From an uncultured Eubacteriales bacterium (lineage in GTDB: Bacteria; Bacillota; Clostridia; Oscillospirales; Acutalibacteraceae), in contig CAYWFB010000001.1 in NCBI GenBank assembly GCA_964457415.1, positions 215 through 64,214 of the forward strand: a stretch of 64,000 nt of DNA, read 5' to 3'. Below the pieces are notes generated by a model. That model did not search any database and had not been told where the DNA came from. It worked only from the letters and a program-made list of their open reading frames with translations. Of the stretch, positions 8,792-20,275 are shown one piece after another (position 1 is the stretch's first letter; every line of letters begins with the position of its first letter). A program made the position numbers and the translations under genes.

Positions 8792-9220
8792 ATGAGATTA
8801 TATAACAAAGATGTTAACGCGGATAGGTTAAGTCCGCTGACACTTGCATTCACGGGTGACGCAGTATTTTCGCTGTTTGTCCGTGAAATGTTAGTGTGTG
8901 ATGCCAACAGACCCGTTGGCGAGTTACATAGGCTTTCGGTTCAATCGGTTAAGGCTTCGGCTCAGGCGGCGGCAATGAGAAAAATTATGCCCCTGCTCAC
9001 CGAGAAAGAGACAGAGGTATTCAAACGTGGCAGAAATGCTCACACCTCTCACACTCCGAAGAACCAGAGCGGATGTGACTATCATTATGCAACGGGCTTT
9101 GAGGCACTTATTGGATATTTGTATTTAAAAGACGAAAAAGAACGCCTTAATTTCTTGCTTAATGAGGTCATTAACTGTCTTGGGGATGACCAGAGTGACA
9201 AGGTTAAAAAGGCTGACTGA
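8792..9220 (+). CDS. mrnC: Mini-ribonuclease 3
   Basis: LAFTGDAVFSLFVRE...YATGFEALIGYLYL, typical Mini-III motifs. Confidence 0.85.
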   Translation: MRLYNKDVNADRLSPLTLAFTGDAVFSLFVREMLVCDANRPVGELHRLSVQSVKASAQAAAMRKIMPLLTEKETEVFKRGRNAHTSHTPKNQSGCDYHYATGFEALIGYLYLKDEKERLNFLLNEVINCLGDDQSDKVKKAD

Positions 9221-10058
9221 AATTAAGGAATTCGCTATTGATACGCTGATTTTTATAATCGGCGGTGTGCTTTGTTCCATTGATGTGAACTGCTTTACGG
9301 CGAGAAATCACATTCTTGACGGTGGATTTACGGGGCTTGCAATAATTCTCAATTATCTTTTCAACACACCAATCGGCACGGTAATTTTTATTATGAACAT
9401 TCCCCTTTTCGTCATAGCTTTTCGCAAATTGGGCACAAAATTTGTGTTCCGCACAGTATGGGCAACCTTTATTATGTCACTTCTCATTGATGTGGGCACA
9501 ATTCTGCCTATCTACAAAAACGATTTGTTGCTTTGCTCACTTTTCGGCGGAGCGCTTTCGGGAATAGGCTTGGGAATTATCTTTGTGCGAAACGCCACAA
9601 CCGGCGGAATTGATATAATTGCAAAACTTATTCAGATAAAACATCCGCAGATTTCAATCGGCAGAACCTTTCTGATTTTCGATTTTTCGGTGGTACTCTT
9701 GGGCGGAATAATCTACCGCAATGTTGAGTCAATGCTCTACGCGGCGGTGGTAATATTCGTAAGCGCACAGGTGATTGACTATATTATTTACGGCGTGAAC
9801 AAGGGCTCAATGATTATGGTAATCACCGATAACGGCAACGAAATCCGTCAGATGATATTAAACGAATTCAACCGCGGTGTTACGGTGCTTGACGGTCGTG
9901 GCGGATATTCGGGCACAGAAAAGAACGTGCTTATCTGCGCCTGCCACAACAATCAAACGATGAAATTTATTAAGAAAATAAAATCAGCCGACGAAAATGC
10001 TTTTTTCATTGTGACACAATCAAAGCAAATTCTCGGCAATGGTTTCAAAAATATGTAG
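9186..10058 (+). CDS. YitT-family membrane protein (DUF2179 C-terminal domain)
   Basis: Polytopic N-terminal part plus [15 protein letters not shown]...FFIV C-terminal domain. The start is uncertain; M9 of the track ORF was chosen. Confidence 0.75.
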   Translation: MTRVTRLKRLTEIKEFAIDTLIFIIGGVLCSIDVNCFTARNHILDGGFTGLAIILNYLFNTPIGTVIFIMNIPLFVIAFRKLGTKFVFRTVWATFIMSLLIDVGTILPIYKNDLLLCSLFGGALSGIGLGIIFVRNATTGGIDIIAKLIQIKHPQISIGRTFLIFDFSVVLLGGIIYRNVESMLYAAVVIFVSAQVIDYIIYGVNKGSMIMVITDNGNEIRQMILNEFNRGVTVLDGRGGYSGTEKNVLICACHNNQTMKFIKKIKSADENAFFIVTQSKQILGNGFKNM

Positions 10059-10066
10059 AGGTAACT

Positions 10067-11875
10067 ATGGCTAAGAAAGAAAACATCAGAAATTTTTCAA
10101 TTATTGCTCACATTGACCACGGTAAGTCTACCCTTGCTGACAGACTTTTAGAGCTTACAGAAACTGTTGCAAAGCGCGATATGACAGAGCAATTACTTGA
10201 TAATATGGATTTGGAGCGCGAGCGCGGAATTACAATCAAGGCTCACGCGGTAAAGCTTAACTACAAGGCAAACGACGGTGAGGAATACGAGCTTAACTTA
10301 ATCGACACCCCGGGTCATGTGGACTTTAACTACGAGGTTTCACGTTCTCTTGCGGCTTGCGAGGGTGCGGTGCTTATAATTGACGCGTCACAGGGCGTTG
10401 AGGCACAGACACTTGCCAATACATATTTAGCTCTTGACCACGATTTAGAGCTTGTACCCGTAATCAATAAAATTGACTTGCCCGCCGCTGACCCCGACCG
10501 CGTTGCAAACGAGGTTGAAGAGGTTATAGGGCTCCCCTGCGACGAGGCTCCCCGAGTTTCAGCAAAGACAGGCGAAAATGTGGGCGCGGTGCTTGAGAGT
10601 ATTGTTTCACTTGTTCCCCCACCTGAAAATAATGACGATAAGCCACTTCGTGCACTTGTTTTTGACTCGGTTTATGACAGCTACAAGGGTGTTATTGTTT
10701 ATGTTCGTATTGTTGACGGCACTATCCGGCCCGGCGACACAATGCGTATGATGGCAACAGGTGCAGAATTCAATGTTGTTGAGGTTGGTTATATGCGACC
10801 CAACGCTATGGAGCCTGCAAAGGAGCTTTCATCGGGCGAGGTTGGATATATTACCGCATCAATCAAGACAGTTAGTGATGCGCGAGTTGGTGACACTGTT
10901 ACAACTGCTGAAAATCCCGCAAGCGAGGCTCTGGCAGGCTACCGCAAGGTTAATCCAATGGTATTCTGCGGTGTTTATCCCGCTGACGGTGCTGATTATG
11001 AAAACTTGCGTGAAGCTCTTGAAAAATTGCAGTTAAATGACGCGGCACTCTCTTTCGAGCCCGAAACCTCGGGTGCATTGGGATTCGGTTTCCGTTGCGG
11101 TTTCTTAGGTCTTTTACACCTTGAAATTATTCAGGAAAGACTTGAACGTGAATACAATCTTGACCTTGTTACCACAATTCCAAGCGTTATTTATAAGGTG
11201 CACCTTACAAACGGCGAAATTATTGAAATTGACAACCCAAGTCATTATCCCGACCCAGCAAATATTGATTATTGCGAAGAACCAACTGTTGAGGCACATA
11301 TTTATGCTCCACCCGAATATATCGGCTCAATTATGAATCTTTGTCAGGACAGACGCGGTGTTTATGTGAACACCACTCACCTCGCCTCTGACCGTGTTGA
11401 TTTGCACTATATTTTGCCACTTAACGAAATTATTTATGACTTTTTCGATGTTCTCAAATCGAGAACACGCGGATATGCCTCATTCGACTATGAAATGAGT
11501 GATTATCAACGTTCAAGCATAATAAAACTTGACGTACTTCTCAACGGTGACATTATTGACGCACTTTCGTTTATGATTCACAGCGAAAAGGCTTACGCCA
11601 AGGCTCGCAGAATCGCCGAAAAGCTCAAAGATAACATTCCGCGTCAGATGTTTGAAATCCCTATTCAGATGGCTATCGGTGGCAAGGTTATTGCCCGCGA
11701 AACCGTTAAAGCTATGAGAAAAGACGTTCTTGCGAAGTGCTACGGCGGTGACATCACCCGTAAAAAGAAATTGCTTGAAAAACAGAAGGAAGGTAAAAAG
11801 CGCATGCGCCACTTCGGTACTGTTGAAGTACCCCAAGAGGCATTTATGGCTGTGCTCAAACTCGATGATGAATAA
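10067..11875 (+). CDS. lepA: translation elongation factor 4
   Basis: [35 protein letters not shown], and the characteristic LepA C-terminus. Confidence 0.97.
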   Translation: MAKKENIRNFSIIAHIDHGKSTLADRLLELTETVAKRDMTEQLLDNMDLERERGITIKAHAVKLNYKANDGEEYELNLIDTPGHVDFNYEVSRSLAACEGAVLIIDASQGVEAQTLANTYLALDHDLELVPVINKIDLPAADPDRVANEVEEVIGLPCDEAPRVSAKTGENVGAVLESIVSLVPPPENNDDKPLRALVFDSVYDSYKGVIVYVRIVDGTIRPGDTMRMMATGAEFNVVEVGYMRPNAMEPAKELSSGEVGYITASIKTVSDARVGDTVTTAENPASEALAGYRKVNPMVFCGVYPADGADYENLREALEKLQLNDAALSFEPETSGALGFGFRCGFLGLLHLEIIQERLEREYNLDLVTTIPSVIYKVHLTNGEIIEIDNPSHYPDPANIDYCEEPTVEAHIYAPPEYIGSIMNLCQDRRGVYVNTTHLASDRVDLHYILPLNEIIYDFFDVLKSRTRGYASFDYEMSDYQRSSIIKLDVLLNGDIIDALSFMIHSEKAYAKARRIAEKLKDNIPRQMFEIPIQMAIGGKVIARETVKAMRKDVLAKCYGGDITRKKKLLEKQKEGKKRMRHFGTVEVPQEAFMAVLKLDDE

Positions 11876-12350
11876 AGAGATTTTTGAAAAATTAGCAGAA
11901 TTAGAAATTGAATATAAAAAAATCGAGCACCCCGCCGTTTTCACAATGGAAGAAATCGCAGAATATGATTTACATTCACACGGTCATATTCCGAAAAATC
12001 TTGTTCTCCGTGATGTTAAGGGCACCCGAAATATGCTTGTTGTTCTTCACGGTGATAAGCGTGCAGATTTGCGACTTATCCGTGACGAAATCGACTCAAC
12101 AAAGTTGAGCTTTGCCTCTGACCAAAGACTTGAGAAATATTTAAAAGTTGAAAAAGGCTCGGTGTCCCCTTTTGGTGTGATTTATGATACTGAAAGAGAG
12201 CTTGAAATCTATTTTGACGCAGATTTAAAGAACGAGGAAATTGTGGGTTGCCACCCCAACGACAACCACGCAACAGTATTTTTAAAATTCACAGATTTGA
12301 AAAAATATGTTGAGGCCTGCGGTCACAGAATTACATTTATTAAAGTATGA
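11865..12350 (+). CDS. YbaK/ProX-type prolyl-tRNA-synthetase-associated (aminoacyl-tRNA editing) domain protein
   Basis: [16 protein letters not shown]...KNLVLRD...GSVSPFG. Start taken at M46 of the track ORF, because the first 45 codons overlap the lepA 3' end. Confidence 0.7.
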   Translation: MMNKEIFEKLAELEIEYKKIEHPAVFTMEEIAEYDLHSHGHIPKNLVLRDVKGTRNMLVVLHGDKRADLRLIRDEIDSTKLSFASDQRLEKYLKVEKGSVSPFGVIYDTERELEIYFDADLKNEEIVGCHPNDNHATVFLKFTDLKKYVEACGHRITFIKV

Positions 12351-13456
12351 AAAATATAGGATTATATTTACACATTCCTTTTTGCAAATCGAAATGTCCA
12401 TACTGTGATTTCTATTCATTTTCTGGCAAAGAAAGCCAAAAAGACGAATATGTGACAGCTTTACAGAGCAAAATTTTGTCAAGTATTTCTACTTTACAGA
12501 GCGATTGTAATTGTAAAGGCGATGCACTTTACATAGGTGGCGGAACTCCGTCAGTCTTGGGAGCAAAAAGGCTCCAGAAGCTTGTAAATACGTGCAATTC
12601 GGGATTTTTAACTGACGACGCAGAAATCACTGTTGAGTGCAATCCTTACGGACTCCAAGAGGATTTTTTCAAAGTTTTGCGTGATTGTGGCGTAAATAGA
12701 ATCTCAATGGGACTGCAATCCGCTAATGACCAAGAAAGACGGATTTTGGGAAGATTATCAGACCGAAAGCAAGTTGAAAATGCGGTGAAGTCTGCCCAAA
12801 ATGCAGGGTTTGAAAACATAACTCTTGATGTTATGCTTGGTGTTCCCGAGCAAACAGAAAAAAGTCTTAATGAAACTCTTGATTTCTGCATTTCTCTTGG
12901 TGTGCCACACATAAGTGCTTACATATTGAAGCTTGAAGAAAATACACATTTCTATAAAAATCGTGAGAAATATAATTTCCCCGACGATGATATGACGGCG
13001 GATTTGTATTTACAGATGTGCGAAACCCTTGAAAATCACGGCATAATGCAATATGAGATTTCAAATTTTGCGAAAAAAGGATTTGAAAGCAAACACAATC
13101 TCAAATATTGGCATTGTGAGGAATATTTAGGGCTTGGGCCTTCGGCACATTCATTTTTGAACGGCAAAAGGTTTTATTATGACCGAGATTTTAACGCGTT
13201 TTTGAATGCAAACTCCCCTATTCACGACGGTGACGGCGGAGATTTCACAGAATTCGCAATGCTTGCTCTGCGATTGACAGAAGGTCTTTGCGAAAACAAA
13301 GTTCTTGAGCGCTTTGGACATTCAATTCCAAATGCAATTTATGAAAAATCAAAAATCTTCATTGATAATGGGTATATGACCATTGACGAAAAAGGTTTGG
13401 CATTGACACGCAAAGGATTTTTATTATCAAACAACATTTTAGCAGAAATTTTGTAA
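12347..13456 (+). CDS. hemW: radical SAM heme chaperone HemW (HemN-like, oxygen-independent coproporphyrinogen oxidase family)
   Basis: LYLHIPFCKSKCPYCDF and GGGTPS. Conserved lepA-hemW synteny. Confidence 0.9.
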   Translation: MKNIGLYLHIPFCKSKCPYCDFYSFSGKESQKDEYVTALQSKILSSISTLQSDCNCKGDALYIGGGTPSVLGAKRLQKLVNTCNSGFLTDDAEITVECNPYGLQEDFFKVLRDCGVNRISMGLQSANDQERRILGRLSDRKQVENAVKSAQNAGFENITLDVMLGVPEQTEKSLNETLDFCISLGVPHISAYILKLEENTHFYKNREKYNFPDDDMTADLYLQMCETLENHGIMQYEISNFAKKGFESKHNLKYWHCEEYLGLGPSAHSFLNGKRFYYDRDFNAFLNANSPIHDGDGGDFTEFAMLALRLTEGLCENKVLERFGHSIPNAIYEKSKIFIDNGYMTIDEKGLALTRKGFLLSNNILAEIL

Positions 13457-13459
13457 ATT

Positions 13460-13780
13460 ATGAGTGAAAGTAAATTGCCTAAAAGGAAAAACATAAGATT
13501 AAAAGGGTATGATTATAGCAACGAGGGTTGTTATTTTATAACAATATGCACGGAAAATCGCAAAAACTTATTATCCTCGGTTGTAGGGGGCGACGACCTC
13601 GGCGCCCCGAAAGAAATTATACTCAAACCTTATGGTAAAATCGCAGAAAAATATATTTTATCAATGGAACAGGCTTATGATGCAATATCTGTTGAAAACT
13701 ACATTATAATGCCGAACCATATTCATCTGCTAATTTTAATCGATACATACGGGCTGACAGAGGCCCCCGCCCTACATTGA
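13460..13780 (+). pseudogene. 3'-truncated RAYT / IS200-like Y1 (HUH) transposase
   Basis: 106 aa collinear with the first ~100 aa of the 156-aa copy at 23695-24165. It keeps HIH but lacks the WQRGY.DHIIR and YIEYN C-terminal part. It diverges right after GGGCTGACAGAGGCCCCCGCCCTACA (13751-13776). Confidence 0.75.
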
Positions 13781-13853
13781 CAATTGCTTTTTCTTATGTT
13801 AAAATACTAAATCGTGCATCGCACAAATATTATGAAGAATTGAGGTGGACAGA

Positions 13854-14771
13854 ATGCCTATTAAAATTGATAACCAGTTACCCGCAAGACATAATCTTGA
13901 ATTGGAAAATATTTTCGTTATGACAGAGCAACGAGCAAGTGTTCAGGATATTCGTCCGCTTAAAATAATCCTTTTGAACCTTATGCCCACAAAAATCGAG
14001 ACTGAAACTCAGATTTTAAGGCTTTTAAGTAACTCACCCTTGCAGGTTGAAATTGAGCTTTTGCAGGTTGCAACTCACGAAAGCAAAAACACCTCAAAAG
14101 AGCACATGCTCAAATTCTATAAGACTTTCGACGACATCAAGAGTCAGAAATTTGACGGTATGATTGTTACGGGAGCGCCCGTTGAAATGATGCCTTTTGA
14201 AGAGGTTGACTATTGGGAAGAGCTTTGCAGAATTTTTGAATGGGCGAAGAGTAATGTTTATTCATCATTCCACATTTGTTGGGGTGCTCAGGCGGCACTT
14301 TATTACCATTATGGAATTCCGAAATATCAATTGAGTGAAAAGATGTTCGGTATTTTCCCCCACAAGCCTCTTGATATGTATCACCCATTACTTCGCGGAT
14401 TCAGTGATTTGTTCTATGTTCCCCACTCAAGACACACAGAAACAAAAAAAGAGGACATTGCTCTTGTTAAAGATTTGCAAATCCTCTCTTATTCCGATAT
14501 TTCAGGTGTTCACCTTGTGGCTGATATGGCGTGCCGTAATTTCTATTGCACCGGGCACAGTGAATATGACAGCGACACCCTCGCCCGTGAATATTTCCGC
14601 GATTTACATAAGGGAATGGATATTAAACTGCCCTACAACTATTTCCCCAATGATGATACACGCTTGACACCGCCACTTACTTGGCGCGGTGCAGGTAGCT
14701 TGTTATTCCAGAATTGGCTTAACTACTTTGTGTATCAACGCACACCTTATGACATTAATGATATTAAATAA
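13854..14771 (+). CDS. metA: homoserine O-acyltransferase (MetA family)
   Basis: [11 protein letters not shown]...ILNLMP.K..TE.Q..RLL and GAP...HICWGAQA motifs. ATG at 13854 follows GAGGTGG. Confidence 0.9.
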   Translation: MPIKIDNQLPARHNLELENIFVMTEQRASVQDIRPLKIILLNLMPTKIETETQILRLLSNSPLQVEIELLQVATHESKNTSKEHMLKFYKTFDDIKSQKFDGMIVTGAPVEMMPFEEVDYWEELCRIFEWAKSNVYSSFHICWGAQAALYYHYGIPKYQLSEKMFGIFPHKPLDMYHPLLRGFSDLFYVPHSRHTETKKEDIALVKDLQILSYSDISGVHLVADMACRNFYCTGHSEYDSDTLAREYFRDLHKGMDIKLPYNYFPNDDTRLTPPLTWRGAGSLLFQNWLNYFVYQRTPYDINDIK

Positions 14772-14776
14772 AATTA

Positions 14777-14810
14777 AGACCGAGCAGAAAATTCTGTTCG
14801 GTCTTTGATT
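14777..14810. terminator. bidirectional terminator between convergent metA and GDPD genes
   Basis: Stem aagaccgagcag / ctgttcggtctt followed by tgatttt. Confidence 0.7.
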
Positions 14811-15647
14811 TTAATATGTAAGACAATTTGTAGTAAAGTTTCGCACGCCTAAATCGTATAATTCTTCATAAATTTTTATACTATCAACTGTCCAAGCGGC
14901 AAGCTCAAGATGTTCGTCTTGGGCTTTTTTCAACATTTCTTCATCATACGTTTTACAGTTGAAAGCGATTGTGTAATTATTAAGCGTTGAAAGTCTAATG
15001 ACTTTATCAGTGATTTCGTAAGTAAGATACCAAAGCTCAATTTCACCGTCAAGATTACGGATTTTTTCTAAAACAACTCCGTCGAATGAAATGATAATAG
15101 CATTTTCACGCATACCCTCATATTTATTGAGAGCGGTAAGAACTGTATCAAGACAATCGTAATTGCCCTCTTTGATTTCAATCTGTGGTATGATTTCATA
15201 CTCATTGCAAATAGCGAGATACTCTTCAAGGGTAATTAACTTTTGGTCGGGGTATTTTTCACTATAATAACCGCCGTCAACAGTGTACTGCTGAATTTCG
15301 TCATAAGTCATTTCCCATATTTCGCCCCCACCGTTTGTCATTTTCTTGATGTCACTGTTGTGATTGACAATCCAGACATTGTCTTTTGTCAACTGAATAT
15401 CACACTCGGCGGCAAAAAACCCTGTCTTTCCTGCTTCAACGAATGCTGCTGCGGAATTTTCAGGTGCAACTGCAGAAAATCCACGGTGCGCAATGAGATT
15501 TACGTTTTCTGTTGGCAAGCCCTTTGACGAAAGCGACACAACCTTGGGCGGGATTTTCGGCTCAATGGCAAAAACATATATTAAACCGAGAGCTGCAACG
15601 AGCAGTATTGAAATGATGCCCAAACAAATCTTTTTCTTTTTATTCAT
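14811..15647 (-). CDS. membrane-anchored glycerophosphodiester phosphodiesterase family protein
   Basis: LIAHRGFSAVAPENS...ECDIQLTKD..WIVNHN. N-terminal TM segment. Start at M16 (GGAGG RBS). Confidence 0.8.
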   Translation of the reverse strand: MNKKKKICLGIISILLVAALGLIYVFAIEPKIPPKVVSLSSKGLPTENVNLIAHRGFSAVAPENSAAAFVEAGKTGFFAAECDIQLTKDNVWIVNHNSDIKKMTNGGGEIWEMTYDEIQQYTVDGGYYSEKYPDQKLITLEEYLAICNEYEIIPQIEIKEGNYDCLDTVLTALNKYEGMRENAIIISFDGVVLEKIRNLDGEIELWYLTYEITDKVIRLSTLNNYTIAFNCKTYDEEMLKKAQDEHLELAAWTVDSIKIYEELYDLGVRNFTTNCLTY

Positions 15648-15707
15648 AAAGAAATTCCTCCACCGCCAATGCAGTCTTATTGCCTTAAACAAGAACTGTG
15701 AACATAA

Positions 15708-16559
15708 TTATTTATTTAAGTGTTTCTTAGAAGCGGTTAAAGTATTCTTCAAGAGCATCGTAATTGTCATTGGTCCTACGCCGCCGGGGACGGGAGTGAT
15801 GAACGAGCATTTATCTTTAACTGCGTCAAAATCAACGTCACCGCAAAGCTTACCCTCTGCGTTTCGGTTCATACCGACATCAATTACAACCGCGCCGTCT
15901 TTTACCATATCGGGTGTGACAAAATATGCAATGCCAACCGCGGCAACAAGAATATCTGCACGGCGAGTTACTTCTGCAAGGTCTTTTGTACGGGAGTGAC
16001 AAATTGTAACTGTTCCATTCTGACCAAGTAAAAGCATTGCCATAGGCTTACCCACAATATTACTTCTGCCGATTACAACACATTCTTTACCCTCAACGGA
16101 AATGTCATAATATTTAAGCATTTCCATAATTCCTGCAGGTGTGCAGGGTAAAAACGAGTGGTCGCCAATCATAATATGACCTGTATTTACAGGATGGAAT
16201 GCGTCAACATCCTTATGAGGAACGATTGCATTGAGAACTTTTTTCTCGTCAATCTGCTTTGGTAACGGCAACTGACAGAGAATTCCGTCAACCGCCGTAT
16301 CATTATTGAGTTTTCCAACGAGTTCGAGCAATTCTTCGGTTGTGGTTTCTTCGGGGAGTGCATATTCAAAGGACGTTATGCCCACCTGCTCACAGCCCTT
16401 TTTCTTATTGTTTACATAAACACGTGATGCGGGGTTATTGCCGACAATTACAACCGCCAGACCCGTTGATTTTCCTTGATTTTTAAGGATTTCAACCTCT
16501 GCCTTGATTTCTTCGCGGACTGCCGCTGAAACCTCTTTACCATCGATGATTTTATACAT
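15708..16559 (-). CDS. folD: bifunctional methylenetetrahydrofolate dehydrogenase/cyclohydrolase
   Basis: LAVVIVGNNPAS.VYV..K, VIGRSNIVGKP and PVPGGVGPMT. Confidence 0.95.
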   Translation of the reverse strand: MYKIIDGKEVSAAVREEIKAEVEILKNQGKSTGLAVVIVGNNPASRVYVNNKKKGCEQVGITSFEYALPEETTTEELLELVGKLNNDTAVDGILCQLPLPKQIDEKKVLNAIVPHKDVDAFHPVNTGHIMIGDHSFLPCTPAGIMEMLKYYDISVEGKECVVIGRSNIVGKPMAMLLLGQNGTVTICHSRTKDLAEVTRRADILVAAVGIAYFVTPDMVKDGAVVIDVGMNRNAEGKLCGDVDFDAVKDKCSFITPVPGGVGPMTITMLLKNTLTASKKHLNK

Positions 16560-17466
16560 TTTCCTGCACCTCCGCGGTAGCCTTTTTCGCTTTATTAAGC
16601 TTTACAAAATTATAAATTGTGAGCACAATACAAACCGCTGCAATCGCCATTGAGAGTACCTGAGAAACGCGAAGATTTGTGTCACCGATATAAAGACTGT
16701 CTGTGCGGAGTCCCTCAACAACGGCTCTTTCAAGACCGTAAATTATGCCATAGCCCAAGAAGAGCTGACCGTCAAACTTGCGGAATTTCTGACAAACAAT
16801 ATAAAGAATTACAAAGCCTAAAAGACACCAGAGTGACTCATAAAGGAATGTGGGATGAACGGGTAAATCGGGGTTCATTTCAATACCATTCTGTGCAAAT
16901 TCTGCCTGATGGCTGTTTATGTAAGCCACCACCTTATCGCTGGTCATTCCCCAAGGGAGAGTTGTATTTGTGCCGAATGCTTCCTGATTTGTATAGTTAC
17001 CCCATCTGCCGATACCCTGACCAATCAGCAGGCTCATACCCGCAAGGTCAAGAAGCTTGAGAAAACTCAAATCTACCTTTTTGCAGACGATATATGCGGC
17101 TAAAATTCCACCGATTATTCCGCCGTAAATAGCAAGACCGCCGTTCCAGATTTGCACAATCTCGTCAAGGTGATTTTTAAAATAATCCCACTCAAAGATT
17201 ACATAATAGGCGCGGGCGCCCACAATTCCGCCGATTGTGCCCCAGATGAGTACATCAAGCATTTTGTCGATGCTCATTTTCCAGACATAAGCCTTTCTGC
17301 CACCGAAAAGCACTGCAAGAGTGAAGCCGAATGCGATAATTACGCCATAAAATTTAATTGAAATTGTATTGTCGCCAAAGGGAATTTCAACAAGTGTGTC
17401 ATACACATCAAATTCCCAGCCAAGACCGGGGAATAACACCTCGGTATAACCTGACAACCATCTCAT
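16552..17466 (-). CDS. lgt: prolipoprotein diacylglyceryl transferase
   Basis: Polytopic. GGLAIYGGIIGG, GRWGNY.NQEA.G and HPTFLYESLW. Confidence 0.9.
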   Translation of the reverse strand: MRWLSGYTEVLFPGLGWEFDVYDTLVEIPFGDNTISIKFYGVIIAFGFTLAVLFGGRKAYVWKMSIDKMLDVLIWGTIGGIVGARAYYVIFEWDYFKNHLDEIVQIWNGGLAIYGGIIGGILAAYIVCKKVDLSFLKLLDLAGMSLLIGQGIGRWGNYTNQEAFGTNTTLPWGMTSDKVVAYINSHQAEFAQNGIEMNPDLPVHPTFLYESLWCLLGFVILYIVCQKFRKFDGQLFLGYGIIYGLERAVVEGLRTDSLYIGDTNLRVSQVLSMAIAAVCIVLTIYNFVKLNKAKKATAEVQENV

Positions 17467-17480
17467 ATTTTATTCCCCTT

Positions 17481-18758
17481 TCAGTTGGGTAAAATTACTG
17501 ACATTGCTGAATTTTCAAGATTTATTGCACTGCGAAGTCTGTTGTCAACATCCTTTGCGGTAATGCTTTCAAGAACGCTGAGCTGGTCGAAAAGTCCGTC
17601 ACCATTGAAATATTCGCCCACAAGTGCGTTTGCAAGAGAATCAACATCGTTGAAATTCATAATAAAATTGCCGTAATGCTTTTTCTTAATTCTGTCAAAC
17701 GCCTCACGGTCAACGCCCTCATTCATTATGCGACGAAGCTCTTCGGTAATTCTTTCGCGGACTGTGTCATAGTCGTTACTCTCACCGTTGAAAAGGTGTG
17801 CTGAATAGCCATAGCCCTCAAAATATTCTGCGTCAAAGGTTGTGTTGATAAGACCCTCGTTAAGAAGTGATTCATAAAGGGGTGAGGTTTTACCTGCAAC
17901 AATATCCATAAGAATTGTGCTTTCAAGTGACTCTTTGAGCGTTCTTTCGGGAGTTTTGATATCCTCTTTAAAGCCGATTGCAAAAATAGGCATTGCAACT
18001 GACAATTTGTGCTCAACCTTATCTGCCACAACCTCTGCGGGCTCAACCATAAATTTACGCTCAATATGTTTGCACTCTTTGGGCTTAATCATTTTATCTG
18101 CAAGTGTGAGAACCTGCTCAACAGTTACGTTACCTGCAACGGCAAGCGCCATATTTGCAGGGTTATAGAAAGTTTCATAGCACTCGTAAAGCAAATCTGC
18201 TGTGATATGGCTGATTGACTCAACTGTGCCCGCAATGTCAATTCTTACGGGGTGCTGATGATAGAGCGCACGAAGAAGCTCAAAATGTGAGCGCCAGCCG
18301 GGCTCGTCCTGATACATACTGATTTCCTGACCGATAATACCCTGCTCTTTCTGAACAGTTTTCTCGGTGAAATAAGGGTTCTGCACGAAATCAAGAAGAA
18401 TTTCAAGAGAAGCCTCTAAATTGTCACTGCATTGAAAAAGATAGCAGGTTTTATCAAAGGAAGTATAAGCATTTGCATTGGCGCCTGTTTTTGCATAGCG
18501 TGCAAAGGCGTCAAGCTCTTCACTTTCAAAAAGCTTATGCTCAAGGAAATGGGCAATTCCCTCTGGAACTGTTGTATATTCCTTTTCGCCCTCTAATCTG
18601 AAGCAGGTGTCAATTGAGCCGTATTTTGTGCCGAAAATTGCATAGGTTGAGGCATAATTCTCTTTAGGATAAACAAAGATTTTAAGTCCTGATGAGTGGT
18701 CGATTTCAAAATATCTCTCACCGAGCAACTCGTTTTTAATCTCTTTAATATTACTCAT
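17481..18758 (-). CDS. M16-family (pitrilysin-like) zinc peptidase, active-type subunit
   Basis: GIAHFLEHKLFE contains the HxxEH zinc motif. Confidence 0.85.
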   Translation of the reverse strand: MSNIKEIKNELLGERYFEIDHSSGLKIFVYPKENYASTYAIFGTKYGSIDTCFRLEGEKEYTTVPEGIAHFLEHKLFESEELDAFARYAKTGANANAYTSFDKTCYLFQCSDNLEASLEILLDFVQNPYFTEKTVQKEQGIIGQEISMYQDEPGWRSHFELLRALYHQHPVRIDIAGTVESISHITADLLYECYETFYNPANMALAVAGNVTVEQVLTLADKMIKPKECKHIERKFMVEPAEVVADKVEHKLSVAMPIFAIGFKEDIKTPERTLKESLESTILMDIVAGKTSPLYESLLNEGLINTTFDAEYFEGYGYSAHLFNGESNDYDTVRERITEELRRIMNEGVDREAFDRIKKKHYGNFIMNFNDVDSLANALVGEYFNGDGLFDQLSVLESITAKDVDNRLRSAINLENSAMSVILPN

Positions 18759-18760
18759 TT

Positions 18761-20023
18761 TTACTCTGCCTCCCCTGTCAAAAGATAAATTGTGTCAACT
18801 GTTACGCGCTTTGCACATTCTGTTACCTGCTCGCGAGTAACACTTGCGATAAGCTCTGCATATTCCTTGCCGCTGACAAGCTTCTCGTCAAGTGCCTGTG
18901 AGCCATAAAAGGTGCAGACCGCATTGGGTGAATCCTCAACGCCCTTGTAAGAATCGCAAAGGGCAGTTATTGACGAATTGAATTCTTCGTCTGTGAACTC
19001 ACCGTTTTTCATAACGTTAAGCTGATTTAAAATCTCGTTCTTTGCCTTTTCATAATTCTGATTTTCAATACCGCTCTGAATAAAGATAATGCCCTTATCG
19101 CGTACAATTCTTGAGTTACAGTAATAGCAAAGGCTCATTTTTTCACGCACATTCATAAAAAGTCGTGAGTATGGTCCGCCACCGAAAACATCGGTCATTA
19201 CGCGGTATGCAAAATAATTATCGTCAGCGTCTTTCATACCGGTACGAAGTCCCATAACGAGCTTTGCCTGTGTAATATCCATCGTTTCTTTAAAATAGCG
19301 GATTTCGTCTGCCTTTTCAATGAATATGGTTTCAAGCTTTGCGGGCTCGCGGTCAGAAATTGCGTTTGCAAATTCTGTGAACTTATTTTTAAGCATTTCA
19401 CCGTCAAGACTACCGCAAGCAGTAATAACGATTGTTGCAGTTTTAAGCATATTCTCATAAGCTACAAAAAGAGCTTTACTGTCAAGATTTTTAACATCCT
19501 CATAAAGCTTTTCACGGTCAATTCCGTAAGGCTCATTCGCACACATAAGCTGACGAAGACGAGAAATTGCATAGCTTCTCTTATCATTCTTTTCGGCATC
19601 AAGATTTTCAAGTGTGAAACGGATTTCGCGGACTGTATTTACCTCGTCAAATGTACCGTTTTCTGCGTTGGGGGCAGAAATAATATCAACAAGAAAATCA
19701 ACGGCGTCTTCAGAAATTGATTTACCGTCAAGAGAAAAACGGTCGTCGGGCACTTCAATTGAAAAGCGGATTTTAACATCCTCACCCACGCACATAATTC
19801 CCGAATCAAAGTCCGCACCGTAAAGGCTTTCAACCTTTGAGTTGAACTCTTTTACGGTTTTATAGCTTTTTGAAGTATGGCTCATAAAGGACGAGAGCAC
19901 ATTCTGTGCCGCAAGCTCCTTTGTTATGGGCATACAAAAATCAATTCTGATACAGTTTGTCTTGAATTTATCACTGTTTATGCACAAAAGCTTTACGCCC
20001 TTTGCAATTTCTGTGTAGTTCAT
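18761..20023 (-). CDS. M16-family peptidase, non-catalytic-type partner
   Basis: Same fold and length as the neighbour but no HxxEH. Start at M16 of the track ORF (GGAGG RBS). 2-nt gap to the downstream M16 gene. Confidence 0.75.
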   Translation of the reverse strand: MNYTEIAKGVKLLCINSDKFKTNCIRIDFCMPITKELAAQNVLSSFMSHTSKSYKTVKEFNSKVESLYGADFDSGIMCVGEDVKIRFSIEVPDDRFSLDGKSISEDAVDFLVDIISAPNAENGTFDEVNTVREIRFTLENLDAEKNDKRSYAISRLRQLMCANEPYGIDREKLYEDVKNLDSKALFVAYENMLKTATIVITACGSLDGEMLKNKFTEFANAISDREPAKLETIFIEKADEIRYFKETMDITQAKLVMGLRTGMKDADDNYFAYRVMTDVFGGGPYSRLFMNVREKMSLCYYCNSRIVRDKGIIFIQSGIENQNYEKAKNEILNQLNVMKNGEFTDEEFNSSITALCDSYKGVEDSPNAVCTFYGSQALDEKLVSGKEYAELIASVTREQVTECAKRVTVDTIYLLTGEAE

Positions 20024-20275
20024 TACAAATCCTCCAAAAATTAAGATATTCCCAATACAATCAAACATTTTATCATATTTTTCTTATAATTAAAAGCATT
20101 TATTTATACTCTTTTTTATTTTTCTGTTTATTTTTCCCTTTTTGTGAGCAAAATAAACATGAGTATGTTAAATTTTTGTTAAACAGATAATAAACTTATT
20201 GACTTTGAATTGAAATTACAATAAAATAAATAAGATATTTATTTTTTATATTTTTAACTAATCAGGTGTAATCAA

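Noticed and set aside
11730-11864. N-terminal extensions of several track ORFs (11730-11864, 40672-40740, 49497-49556, 22602-22787, 3830-3901, 45292-45351, 47343-47414)
   Set aside because: The extensions overlap upstream genes or AT-rich promoter DNA and lack an RBS. Internal starts with good Shine-Dalgarno sequences match the family N-termini.
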